A DNA stretch of 64,000 nucleotides from an uncultured Pelagibacteraceae bacterium (GCA_902595815.1 CACJRL010000006.1:4612-68611), one strand, 5' to 3'; shown: positions 21,914-31,069, counted from the stretch's first letter. Numbers and translations: made by a program. The notes: generated by a model not told the origin, from the letters alone.

Positions 21914-22717
21914 ATGTTTGATGATTTTTTTATAAGAGCACTAGTTGCTGGAATAGGTGTTGCTATTGTAACGGGACCATTGGGATGCTTTGTTGTTTGG
22001 AGAAGACTTTCTTATTTTGGTGATACATTAGCGCACTCTGCTTTATTGGGTGTAACTATGGCTTATTCATTTCAGTTCAATATTGCTATTTCAGTATTTT
22101 TAATTTCATCATTAATTGCATTAATATTAATAAAACTTCAAAAAAGAACTAATCTTCCTGGAGATGCATTATTAGGTTTATTAGCTCATTCGTCCTTAGC
22201 GGTTGGACTTGTGGTCATAGGGTTCTTAACATTTATAAGATTTGATATTATGGGTTTATTATTTGGTGACATTTTAGCAGTTAATGTAACTGATTTATTA
22301 ATAATTTGGTTTGGTGGAGGATTAATACTTTTAGTACTCAAAATAATTTGGAAACCTTTGTTTGCTTCCACGGTAAATTATGAATTAGCTGAAGCTGAAG
22401 GTTTAAATCCCGATAGAGCTAAAGCAATATTTACTATTTTAATGGCTGCTCTTATCGCAATTTCAATAAAAATGGTTGGGCTTTTGCTTATTACAGGAAT
22501 GTTGATTATTCCTGCAGCCATGGCTAGAAATTTATCAGACAGTCCTTTTAAAATGGTATTATTTTCAATAATAGGAGGATTGTTATCAGTTTTAATAGGT
22601 CTATTCTCATCATTAGAATTTAACACACCTTCTGGACCATCAATAATTGCTGCAGCATTATTTTTATTCATATTGTCTTTGTTTAGAATTAAACAATCGA
22701 TCCAATTGAAAAACTAA
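21914..22717 (+). CDS. znuB: Zinc ABC transporter permease
   Basis: GPLGCFVVWRRLSYFGDTLAH, LLFGDIL, IIPAA. Confidence 0.96.
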   Translation: MFDDFFIRALVAGIGVAIVTGPLGCFVVWRRLSYFGDTLAHSALLGVTMAYSFQFNIAISVFLISSLIALILIKLQKRTNLPGDALLGLLAHSSLAVGLVVIGFLTFIRFDIMGLLFGDILAVNVTDLLIIWFGGGLILLVLKIIWKPLFASTVNYELAEAEGLNPDRAKAIFTILMAALIAISIKMVGLLLITGMLIIPAAMARNLSDSPFKMVLFSIIGGLLSVLIGLFSSLEFNTPSGPSIIAAALFLFILSLFRIKQSIQLKN

Positions 22718-22741
22718 TGGGAAATTGATAAAATAAAAACT

Positions 22742-23140
22742 ATGCTTAAACAGGAAACACTATCAAAAAATCAACAAATAGTTCTTGATTACATTGAAAA
22801 AGTAAATGAGCCCATAAAAGCTTATTCAATTTTACATAATGTACAAAAAAAAGGTATTAAAGCCCCTCTTCAGGTTTATCGAGCGCTTGATAAATTGGTT
22901 GAAATTGGAAAAATTCACAAAATTGAAAGTAGAAATGCTTTCGTTGCATGCAAAAATTCAAATTGTCAGATTTCAAAGGCAACAGCATTTTCAATATGTG
23001 AAAGCTGTGAAGAAGTAAGTGAAATTAGTGACAGCAAACTTTCAAAATATTTAAAAAATTTTCAAGACAAAGCGGGTATGAAATTCAATAAATATAATCT
23101 TGAATTCTTTGGGCTTTGCAAAAAATGTTCTGTTAAATAA
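22742..23140 (+). CDS. zur: Zinc uptake regulator (Fur family)
   Basis: VYRALDKL, IHKIESRNAFVAC, CESC and CKKC; follows znuCB. Confidence 0.92.
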   Translation: MLKQETLSKNQQIVLDYIEKVNEPIKAYSILHNVQKKGIKAPLQVYRALDKLVEIGKIHKIESRNAFVACKNSNCQISKATAFSICESCEEVSEISDSKLSKYLKNFQDKAGMKFNKYNLEFFGLCKKCSVK

Positions 23141-23169
23141 TTTGTATATAACTATAAATATTTACAACA

Positions 23170-23508
23170 ATGTTATTCTTTCTTTTTAAAGTTATTGCTG
23201 GGGGTTTAATTATCGCATTTTCTAGTTGGTTGGCTGGTCAAAATCCTAAGCTCGCTGGATTTATTATTGCTTTACCCTTGGTATCACTAATAGCAATACT
23301 GTTTTCTTATTATGAGCATAATGATTCAGAAAAAACAGTAATGTTTACAAAAAGTATATTTATTGCAGTACCAGCAAGTTACTTATTCTTTGTACCCTTC
23401 TTTTTTGCAAAATCTTTTAATATGAATTTTTTCATAATTTATATTACAGGTTTAATATTGCTAATCGGAGGATATTTTATCCATAGATACATTATCAATT
23501 TAATATAA
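23170..23508 (+). CDS. Small multi-TM membrane protein (DUF3147-like)
   Basis: P-x-LAGFIIALPLVS motif, about 4 TM helices. Confidence 0.65.
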   Translation: MLFFLFKVIAGGLIIAFSSWLAGQNPKLAGFIIALPLVSLIAILFSYYEHNDSEKTVMFTKSIFIAVPASYLFFVPFFFAKSFNMNFFIIYITGLILLIGGYFIHRYIINLI

Positions 23509-23527
23509 AATAATAATTTTAATAAAT

Positions 23528-23545
23528 CTTTAACATAACTGTCAT
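23528..23545 (+). promoter_or_regulatory. Pho-box-like direct repeat upstream of the arsC operon
   Basis: CTTTAAC-ATAA-CTGTCAT, half sites 11 bp apart; the second is the consensus half site CTGTCAT. Confidence 0.65.
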
Positions 23546-23566
23546 AAGTATAGAGAAAGGAGTTTT

Positions 23567-23788
23567 ATGTTTTTAAAAAAATATCTCAAATGGATAAGCA
23601 CGTTTTTAGTCTTAACAGGAATATTGCTTACAAATTTAAATATATATCCAATTAATATATATTTTCATGGTCTTGGTGTAGTTGGATGGACAATATCGGG
23701 TTTTTTATTAAAAGATAAGGCAATATTAACTAATTTTGGATTACAAATTCCATTATTTGTAATTGGTATTTATAAAATTATTTTTTAA
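23567..23788 (+). CDS. Small 3-TM membrane protein (DUF6552-like)
   Basis: 73 aa hydrophobic, strong SD AAAGGAG, LKW..NIYP.N pattern, TAATG overlap with arsC. Confidence 0.75.
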   Translation: MFLKKYLKWISTFLVLTGILLTNLNIYPINIYFHGLGVVGWTISGFLLKDKAILTNFGLQIPLFVIGIYKIIF

Positions 23789-24219
23789 TGAAAAATATTT
23801 TATTTGTATGCACAGGAAATTCAGCGAGAAGCATTATTGCTGAAAGTATTATTAATAACGAATACTCAAATAAATTTAATGCTTTCAGTGCTGGTAGTAA
23901 TCCATCTGGAAAAATCAATGAAGATGTTAAAAGTTTTTTAGAGAAAAATAAAAGTTATGATCTAACTAATTATAGTTCTAAAAACTTTGAAGAATTTATC
24001 AATAAAGAATTAAAAATGGATCATGTAATAACAGTATGCAACAACGCAAATAATGAGGTATGTCCTATTTGGCCTGATAAAAATCAAATTATACACTGGG
24101 ATATAGAAGATCCGGTAGCTAAACTTCAAAATGCAAATGACGAAGAAAAGCAAATAATCATTAGAAAAACTTTCAATATTATAAGTAATAAAATTAATGA
24201 TTGGATAGATGAAAAATAA
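23788..24219 (+). CDS. arsC: Arsenate reductase, thioredoxin-coupled LMW-PTP type
   Basis: ILFVCTGNSARS P-loop plus resolving cysteine pair ITVC..VCP, HWDIEDP. Confidence 0.9.
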   Translation: MKNILFVCTGNSARSIIAESIINNEYSNKFNAFSAGSNPSGKINEDVKSFLEKNKSYDLTNYSSKNFEEFINKELKMDHVITVCNNANNEVCPIWPDKNQIIHWDIEDPVAKLQNANDEEKQIIIRKTFNIISNKINDWIDEK

Positions 24220-24868
24220 AAATAGATATTTTCTTTCAGAGTTTATTGGAAGTTGCTTTCTAGTAATGATCATAGTTGGATCAGGTTTAATGGCAGAAAA
24301 TCTAACTAATGATACAGCAGTAATGCTAATAGCAAACACATTGGCAACTGGAGCTGGATTGTTTGTGCTAATAACAGTATTTGCTGATGTATCTGGGGCT
24401 CATTTCAATCCATTTGTAAGTATTGCTATGACAATTACAGGAAAGTTAAAAAAAAACCTTCTACCCTTTTATATTTCTGCTCAGATACTTGGATGTTTAC
24501 TAGGTGTAGCATTAGCTAATTTCTTTTTTGAACATCAGGTTTTTGAATTATCAACAAAGTCAAGGAATGGGATTTATATTTTTACTTCTGAAATAGTTGC
24601 TACGTTAGGTCTTATTTTAATTATTTTTGGTTCAATGAAATCAGGTAAATTAGCTGTTGCTGGATCAGTAGGTTTATATATCACTGCTGGTTATTGGTTT
24701 ACCTCTTCAACTTCTTTTGCAAATCCTGCTGTAACAATAGCAAGAACATTCACAGAGTCGTTTACTGGTATAAGTTATTTAAACACTCCTTATTATATAG
24801 CTGCTGAATTAATTGGTATGTTGATTGCTGTTTATATCGCAAAAAAATTATTCTTAGAAAAAGATTGA
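24209..24868 (+). CDS. MIP/aquaporin family channel, arsenic-operon (AqpS-like) type
   Basis: SGAHFNPF and YWFTSSTSFANPAVTIAR; overlaps arsC. Confidence 0.88.
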   Translation: MKNKNRYFLSEFIGSCFLVMIIVGSGLMAENLTNDTAVMLIANTLATGAGLFVLITVFADVSGAHFNPFVSIAMTITGKLKKNLLPFYISAQILGCLLGVALANFFFEHQVFELSTKSRNGIYIFTSEIVATLGLILIIFGSMKSGKLAVAGSVGLYITAGYWFTSSTSFANPAVTIARTFTESFTGISYLNTPYYIAAELIGMLIAVYIAKKLFLEKD

Positions 24869-25353
24869 AAAATTTAAAACTAACAAACAATATTAAATTA
24901 ATTAATAAAAAATTTAAAAAAAAAGAATTTTATCATTTTTTAAAAACCTCAAACCTTTCAATAGTAATACCCAAAATTAAGAACAAGTATATTTTGGTTT
25001 CACAAAAAAGAATTCCTATAAATCAAATTAATTTTGAGTTTCCATCTGGTATAATTGAAAAACATGAAACAGCTTTAATATCTGCTAAAAAAGAATTAAT
25101 TGAAGAAACAGGATATAAATCAAGAAATAAATTAAGAAAAATTACTTCATTTTATTCTGAACCAGGTCGACTCACCACTAAAATTACTGGTTTTTTTTGT
25201 AATAATCTTATTAAAATTTCAAAGCCTGAAAAAGGAATTAAAATCCACATAGTTTCAGATCATCAAATAATTAAATTAATTGAGAATGGTAAATTTAACA
25301 ATGCATCTCATATAGGAATGTATTTGTTTTATAAAAAGAAATACGCTCAATAA
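24865..25353 (+). CDS. Nudix hydrolase (ADP-ribose pyrophosphatase-like)
   Basis: EFPSGIIEKHETALISAKKELIEETGY Nudix box with Lys at the usual Arg; TTG start overlapping the MIP gene stop. Confidence 0.82.
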   Translation: MKNLKLTNNIKLINKKFKKKEFYHFLKTSNLSIVIPKIKNKYILVSQKRIPINQINFEFPSGIIEKHETALISAKKELIEETGYKSRNKLRKITSFYSEPGRLTTKITGFFCNNLIKISKPEKGIKIHIVSDHQIIKLIENGKFNNASHIGMYLFYKKKYAQ

Positions 25354-25371
25354 TAATACCGAGCGTATTTC
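25332..25371 (-). terminator. Intrinsic terminator facing the ppk-ppx transcript
   Basis: 11-bp perfect stem GAAATACGCTC/GAGCGTATTTC, extendable by G-U pairs only on the minus strand, followed by UUUUU on the minus strand. Confidence 0.8.
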
Positions 25372-25503
25372 AGGGGTTTAATGTTTACAATTTAATTACA
25401 GAAGAATATTACATTTGGATTAAAGATATGTTTCAATAAAATTAAAAATATATTAAAGAAGAAAAATCACTAACCTGTAAGTTGTAATAAATTAAATTAT
25501 ATT

Positions 25504-27015
25504 TTAATTATTTGAATAAATTACTCTTGGTTCTAAAAATAATTCTCTCGCCAGAGCTTTAAATCTTTTTGTAACTTGTTTAGAAATTATTTCTTGGTGA
25601 TGAGCTGGAATTTTTAAAAATACAGAGTTACCTCTTTTATACAATTTAAATTCCTCTAAGAAGATAGTTGAAATAGATGTAAGTGAGTGTGCAAATCTTA
25701 AGGCTGCACCAACTTGTTTACTAGAAAAAATTTCATTATTATTTAAAAAAGTTAAATATTCTATTTTAGGGTTGTATTTAATGCTGCAGTACCTCCAATA
25801 ACATGAAAGAGCTATTTGAATTCTTTCTTTATGTGAAAGTCTCAATAATGGAGTATTTAATGTTTCTTGAAAAACTAATTCTGCTTTTTGAAAAGCACCA
25901 AGTCCCCAATCCATATGACTTAAAACACAAGCTAAATTAAGCAATTTTTCATCGAAATGTTCATTACCATCAAATACAGGTTTGATAAATTCATGATACT
26001 TTTTGTAAGTTAATCCCAAATCACCTCTTTTCTTAGAAATATATTCTAATGATTTTTCAAAAACTTGAGAGCTATCAATATTTTTAAAGTAATCTTTTGC
26101 CAGAGATCCCTCTCTAATACCGCTTATAGAGCATATTATGTTTTTTGGATTTGTTGCTCTCATGATCTCATATAAAATTATAGAGCTATATGGTAGATAG
26201 GGTGTTCTAGATTTAGATATATATTCAACTGTTTTTAGTTTTGCTTTATTAAACGATGCTATTTTTTCTACAAATGATGATATAGTTTCATAATTTACTG
26301 AATACTGATGAATTATATGGACAGGATGTTTATTTTGAAACAGATGAAGTTTAAATAAAGCTCTCCATGTTCCTCCAACTAAATACAAATTTTCAAATTT
26401 TTTTTTAGATAACCATTTCTCATCTCTCAAAAGTTGTTTTATATATTTAGAAAGGTTTCTCTTTTTTACAATTGGATTATTAAGTAGTCTTAAAACACCT
26501 AAGGGTAAAGATGTTTTATTAGTAATCAAACCATTTTCAACTCGAGCTAATTCTAAACTACCTCCACCAAGATCAGCAACTAACCCATCTACATTATCAA
26601 ATCCAATTTTTACACCCTCTGCTGAACAAATTGCTTCTTCCTCTCCACTTAAGATTTCTATTTTTTTTTTAAAAAGGTTTTCTACGTATTCAACAAAGGG
26701 TTTTGCATCTGTTGCTTCTCTTAAAACAGCAGTTGCTATTATTTTTAAATTAACAATTTTGGAAACATTTAAAATTTCTGAAAATCTCTTCAATACTTTT
26801 TGGGCATAATCCACACCAGATTTATGAAGTTTTCTTGACTTATCTAAATTTTTACCAAGTTCACAAACGGCTTTTTCATTGAAAAAAGGCACACGAGATG
26901 AGTTAAAATCTTCATAGATTAACATCCTGATAGAATTGGAACCTATATCAATTACTGCTAATTTAGCAGGTTTTAATTTCAAATTTTGATTATTTTTTAA
27001 AACTTTAATTTCCAC
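25504..27015 (-). CDS. ppx: Exopolyphosphatase Ppx/GppA
   Basis: AVIDIGSNSIR, ATAVLREA, ILSGEEEA, DLGGGSLE, GIREG. Confidence 0.95.
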   Translation of the reverse strand: MEIKVLKNNQNLKLKPAKLAVIDIGSNSIRMLIYEDFNSSRVPFFNEKAVCELGKNLDKSRKLHKSGVDYAQKVLKRFSEILNVSKIVNLKIIATAVLREATDAKPFVEYVENLFKKKIEILSGEEEAICSAEGVKIGFDNVDGLVADLGGGSLELARVENGLITNKTSLPLGVLRLLNNPIVKKRNLSKYIKQLLRDEKWLSKKKFENLYLVGGTWRALFKLHLFQNKHPVHIIHQYSVNYETISSFVEKIASFNKAKLKTVEYISKSRTPYLPYSSIILYEIMRATNPKNIICSISGIREGSLAKDYFKNIDSSQVFEKSLEYISKKRGDLGLTYKKYHEFIKPVFDGNEHFDEKLLNLACVLSHMDWGLGAFQKAELVFQETLNTPLLRLSHKERIQIALSCYWRYCSIKYNPKIEYLTFLNNNEIFSSKQVGAALRFAHSLTSISTIFLEEFKLYKRGNSVFLKIPAHHQEIISKQVTKRFKALARELFLEPRVIYSNN

Positions 27016-29155
27016 TTTTAATTAATCTTAAATTTAATTTTTTTGGTTTCATTTTTAATTTAGCTTTACCTCTTCCAGATAAACTAGGATTATTCATAAA
27101 ATAATCATGGGCTGAAAAAGAATCATTTTCACTATATTTAATTTTTTTATAATTTCCACTAGCATCAAGTTCCCAACTTTGTTTTTTATCTAAATAATTA
27201 GCTAACATAATTTGATCAAGAACTTGTTCGTGGACTGTTTGGTTTTCAATTGGAACTAGGAGTTCTACTCTTCGATTTAAATTTCTTGGCATTAAATCTG
27301 CTGATGAAATAAAAACTTTTGCATCTCTACTAGGCATTGTTTTTCCATTTGCAAAACAATAAATTCTTGAGTGTTCCAAAAATCTTCCAATCATGCTTTT
27401 AACTATTATATTTTCAGATTTATCTTTAACTCCAGGTCTTAAACAACAAACACCTCTTACAAATAAAAATATCTTTACTCCAGCATTTGAAGCTTCGTAA
27501 AATTTATCAATTATCACTGGATCTACTAAGGAATTCATTTTAGCCCATATTTCAGCGTTTTTACCTTTTTTGACATTTGCTATCTCGTTAGCAATACATT
27601 TGTTCAAAGTTTCCCTAAGATTTATTGGTGATATAGATATTTTACTAAGATTTCGTGGTTTTGAATAACCTGTTACATAATTAAAAAATTTTTCCACATC
27701 AGTTGCTATTTTTTTATCAGAGCTAAATAAAGATAAGTCAGTATAAATTTTTGCATTAACTGGGTGATAATTGCCAGTTCCTAGATGTATATAAGTTTGA
27801 ATTTTTCCCTGCTCTTTTCTTAATATTAAAGATGATTTTGCATGTGTTTTATATTTTGCAAAACCATAAACTATTTGGATTCCTGCCTTTTCTAAACTTC
27901 TAGAAAGTTGAATATTTGCTTCTTCATCAAATCTTGCTTTGATCTCTATTAAAGCGGTTACTGTCTTTCCATTTTCAGCTGCTGTTATTAAGGCTTTAAC
28001 AATTGGAGAGTCTAACGTTGTTCTGTATAGAGTTTGTTTAATTGCTATAACTTTTTTATCATATGCAGCTTGATTTAAAAACTCAACGACAGCATCAAAT
28101 GTTTCAAAAGGGTGATGAACTATTAAATCTTTTTTTTTTATAGTATCAAAAAAATTATTATTAAACTCCTTTAATCTCTCAACCTCCCTGGGATTAAAAT
28201 TTTTAAACCTTAATTTAGAATTTTTAATTTTACAAACTTGGTCTATATCTTGAATTCCAACAATGCCTTCAATTTCATAGATGTATTCAGATTTTACGTT
28301 TAACTTATTGGTTATAAACTTAATTAAGTCATTATTACTATTTTTTAAAATTTCTAAACGTACTATGTCACCTGTTCTTCTTCTTTTTAAAGCCAATTCA
28401 AAAGATCTTACTAAATCTTCGGCCTCCTCTTGAATTTCTACATCACTATCTCTTATAACTCTAAATAACATTTTTTTATCTAAATCATGATCAGGAAATA
28501 TTTCAGAGGCAAAAAAACTTATAACATCATCTATAATTAAAAATTTTTTAAAACTTTTATTTCTATCTATTTCAATAAATCTTGATAAAGCTTTTGGAAT
28601 TACTATTATTGCATTTAAAGTCCTTTTTTTATTTTTCTTATTTAATCTCATAACTAATGCTCTTCCTTGATTTGCAATAAATGGAAAGGGATGAGCTGGG
28701 TCTATTGCTGATGGGGTTAGCAGAGGGTAAATTTCTTCATTAAAAATTTTAAATAATCTTTTTTGTTCAGTTTTACTTAAATTTTCAGGTTTAACTATAC
28801 TTATATTTGCTTTTTTTAATTGAAGAATTAAATCTCTATATATTTTATTTTGTTTATTAAGAAGATTATTTGTTTCCAAAATAACTTCACTCATTTGTTC
28901 ATCAGGAGTAAGACCATCAGAGCTAAGAGAATCTACATCTTGTTTGATTTGACTATATAAACCTGCAACACGAACCATGAAAAATTCATCTAAATTTGAT
29001 CCAGCTATAGATAAAAATTTAATTCTTTCATAAAGAGGATTTTCAAAATTTTGGGCCTCAAGAAGAACTCTGTCGTTGAATTTTAGCCAAGACAGCTCTC
29101 TATTTATGTATTTTGATTTTAGTGTTTCTTTATCTTGTTTTTTTAATGCAGTCAT
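27005..29155 (-). CDS. ppk1: Polyphosphate kinase 1
   Basis: YINRELSWLKFN, NLDEFFMVRVAGL, HPFP, IKQTLYR, KARFDEE, KTHAK, GRFLEHSR. Confidence 0.98.
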   Translation of the reverse strand: MTALKKQDKETLKSKYINRELSWLKFNDRVLLEAQNFENPLYERIKFLSIAGSNLDEFFMVRVAGLYSQIKQDVDSLSSDGLTPDEQMSEVILETNNLLNKQNKIYRDLILQLKKANISIVKPENLSKTEQKRLFKIFNEEIYPLLTPSAIDPAHPFPFIANQGRALVMRLNKKNKKRTLNAIIVIPKALSRFIEIDRNKSFKKFLIIDDVISFFASEIFPDHDLDKKMLFRVIRDSDVEIQEEAEDLVRSFELALKRRRTGDIVRLEILKNSNNDLIKFITNKLNVKSEYIYEIEGIVGIQDIDQVCKIKNSKLRFKNFNPREVERLKEFNNNFFDTIKKKDLIVHHPFETFDAVVEFLNQAAYDKKVIAIKQTLYRTTLDSPIVKALITAAENGKTVTALIEIKARFDEEANIQLSRSLEKAGIQIVYGFAKYKTHAKSSLILRKEQGKIQTYIHLGTGNYHPVNAKIYTDLSLFSSDKKIATDVEKFFNYVTGYSKPRNLSKISISPINLRETLNKCIANEIANVKKGKNAEIWAKMNSLVDPVIIDKFYEASNAGVKIFLFVRGVCCLRPGVKDKSENIIVKSMIGRFLEHSRIYCFANGKTMPSRDAKVFISSADLMPRNLNRRVELLVPIENQTVHEQVLDQIMLANYLDKKQSWELDASGNYKKIKYSENDSFSAHDYFMNNPSLSGRGKAKLKMKPKKLNLRLIKSGN

Positions 29156-29168
29156 ATATTTAAAATTT

Positions 29169-29693
29169 ATGCTTAAATTATACGTTATGCGTCATGCAAA
29201 ATCTAGCTGGGACCACCCAAATCTTGATGATCATGAAAGACCATTAAGTAAGCGTGGCAAGAAAAATGCAAAAAAGATTTGTGAATTTTTTGTTAAAAAA
29301 AAATATAAGTTTGATTACATATTACTTTCATCATCAAAAAGAACAAAGAAAACGTTAAAAATTTTATTAAAAAAAATAGAAAAACCAAAAAAAATTATTT
29401 CTTCAAAAAAATTATACCTATCAAGTGAAGATAAAATTATAGATATAATAAAAAAAACACCTCAAAAATTTAAATCTGTGCTTTTAATTAACCACGAGCC
29501 TGCTGTTAGAAATCTAGTACGATCACTGACAAAAAATCATAACAACAATCATTTTAAGTTATTAAACTATAAATTTCCAACATCAGCTTTTGCAAAAATT
29601 TATTTTGATTTTAATAAATGGAATAAATTAGATGGAAATGGTTTAATTAAGGAATTTATGAGACCTAAAGACCTTCATGATTCTAAAGAATAA
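29169..29693 (+). CDS. sixA: SixA-like phosphohistidine phosphatase; start revised to ATG 29169
   Basis: LYVMRHAKSSW, DHERPLSKRG, HEP, FPTSA. Confidence 0.88.
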   Translation: MLKLYVMRHAKSSWDHPNLDDHERPLSKRGKKNAKKICEFFVKKKYKFDYILLSSSKRTKKTLKILLKKIEKPKKIISSKKLYLSSEDKIIDIIKKTPQKFKSVLLINHEPAVRNLVRSLTKNHNNNHFKLLNYKFPTSAFAKIYFDFNKWNKLDGNGLIKEFMRPKDLHDSKE

Positions 29694-30358
29694 CCTGCTG
29701 ACCTTACAGTTCTTATTAATGGTTTAGTTTTATCTATATTAATAGCCTGTCTTAATCTTCTAATATGTACATCGACTGTTCTAGACTCTACATAAATATT
29801 TTCACCCCAAACATTGTTTAATAGTTGTTCTCGTGAATATACTCTTTTTGGATTTTTGATAAAAAAATCTAATAATTTAAATTCTGTAGGACCTAAATTT
29901 ATTTCAACATTATTTCTATAAACTCTTTTTGTTATTCTATCTATTTTCAGATCTGTAAACTCAACAACATCAGCAGATGATTGTGGTTTTGATCTTCTAA
30001 GTAGTGATTTAATTCTTGCATTAAGTTCTTTTTGACTAAATGGCTTTGTTACATAATCATCTGCACCTGTATCAAAAGCTCTTAATTTGTCCTCTTCCTC
30101 ACCTTTTGCTGTCAACATTATTACAGGTATGTCGTTATACTTTTTGTCTTTTTTTAAATTCTTACATATTTCAACACCCGACAAATCTGGCAACATCCAA
30201 TCCATTAATATTAAGTCAGGATGCTTATCTTTAATTTGTTTAAGTGCATCTTCACCATTTTCGGAATAGCTTACTTTGTGACCTTCTTTTTCAAGATTAT
30301 ATTTTAGCAGCGTTACTATTGAAGTTTCATCTTCAGCAATAAACACGTGCGCAGACAT
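29675..30358 (-). CDS. phoB: Phosphate regulon response regulator
   Basis: DWMLP receiver, LGPTEFKLL, VESRTVDVHIRRLR, RTVRSAGY; follows phoU. Confidence 0.96.
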   Translation of the reverse strand: MSAHVFIAEDETSIVTLLKYNLEKEGHKVSYSENGEDALKQIKDKHPDLILMDWMLPDLSGVEICKNLKKDKKYNDIPVIMLTAKGEEEDKLRAFDTGADDYVTKPFSQKELNARIKSLLRRSKPQSSADVVEFTDLKIDRITKRVYRNNVEINLGPTEFKLLDFFIKNPKRVYSREQLLNNVWGENIYVESRTVDVHIRRLRQAINIDKTKPLIRTVRSAGYSLES

Positions 30359-30361
30359 TTA

Positions 30362-31069
30362 TTATTTTTCTCCTGTTACTATTGGCTCTGTTCCTTTTGG
30401 ACGATCTCCTTCTAAATACTCTCCTGTAACTAAATAATATACCTGCTCTGCAACGTTTGTTGTGTGATCACCGATACGTTCAATATTTTTAGTAACAAAT
30501 AATAAATGAGTACCATCATCTAGATTTTTTTCGTCTTCCTTCAAATATTTTATTACTTCTTGCATACATAAATTTGTTAAATCATCTATTTGTTCATCAC
30601 CTTCCCAGACATTTATAGCCATAGCAGATGACCTATCTAAATATGCATCCAAAATAGATTTGAGTTGTTTTTGAACATTAGAAGAAACTCTTACCAAAGC
30701 TTCGGTCAAATTTTTTGGTAAATTTTCATTTAATAACAATGTTCTTTTTGAAATATTCTTTGCCAAATCACCTATTCGTTCTAAATCAGATGAAATTTTC
30801 AATGCGGTTACAGTTTCTCTTAAATCTATTGCCATTGGTTGTCTTAAAGCAATTAGATTTACCACCTGTTGCTCTATTAAAGTTTCAAACTTATCTATTT
30901 TTTGGTCATCTTTTATAACAGCTTCCGCATTATCACTATTTCTTGTGGTAATGGCTTGAATAGCCTTGCCTAATGACTCCTCGCAAAAACCACCCATTTT
31001 AATTATGTTACTATTTAAATTTTTAAGCTCTTCCTCGTAAGACTTAACTGTGTGTGGTGCTTCAACCAT
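30362..31069 (-). CDS. phoU: Phosphate signalling complex protein PhoU
   Basis: IALRQPMAIDLR, SDLERIGDLAKNI, KNIERIGDH. Confidence 0.97.
   Translation of the reverse strand: MVEAPHTVKSYEEELKNLNSNIIKMGGFCEESLGKAIQAITTRNSDNAEAVIKDDQKIDKFETLIEQQVVNLIALRQPMAIDLRETVTALKISSDLERIGDLAKNISKRTLLLNENLPKNLTEALVRVSSNVQKQLKSILDAYLDRSSAMAINVWEGDEQIDDLTNLCMQEVIKYLKEDEKNLDDGTHLLFVTKNIERIGDHTTNVAEQVYYLVTGEYLEGDRPKGTEPIVTGEK

Noticed and set aside
25428-25439. Plus-strand mini ORF MFQ after a pstS-like leader
   Set aside because: Only three codons; no support for a peptide product, so the segment is treated as antisense-RNA evidence instead.
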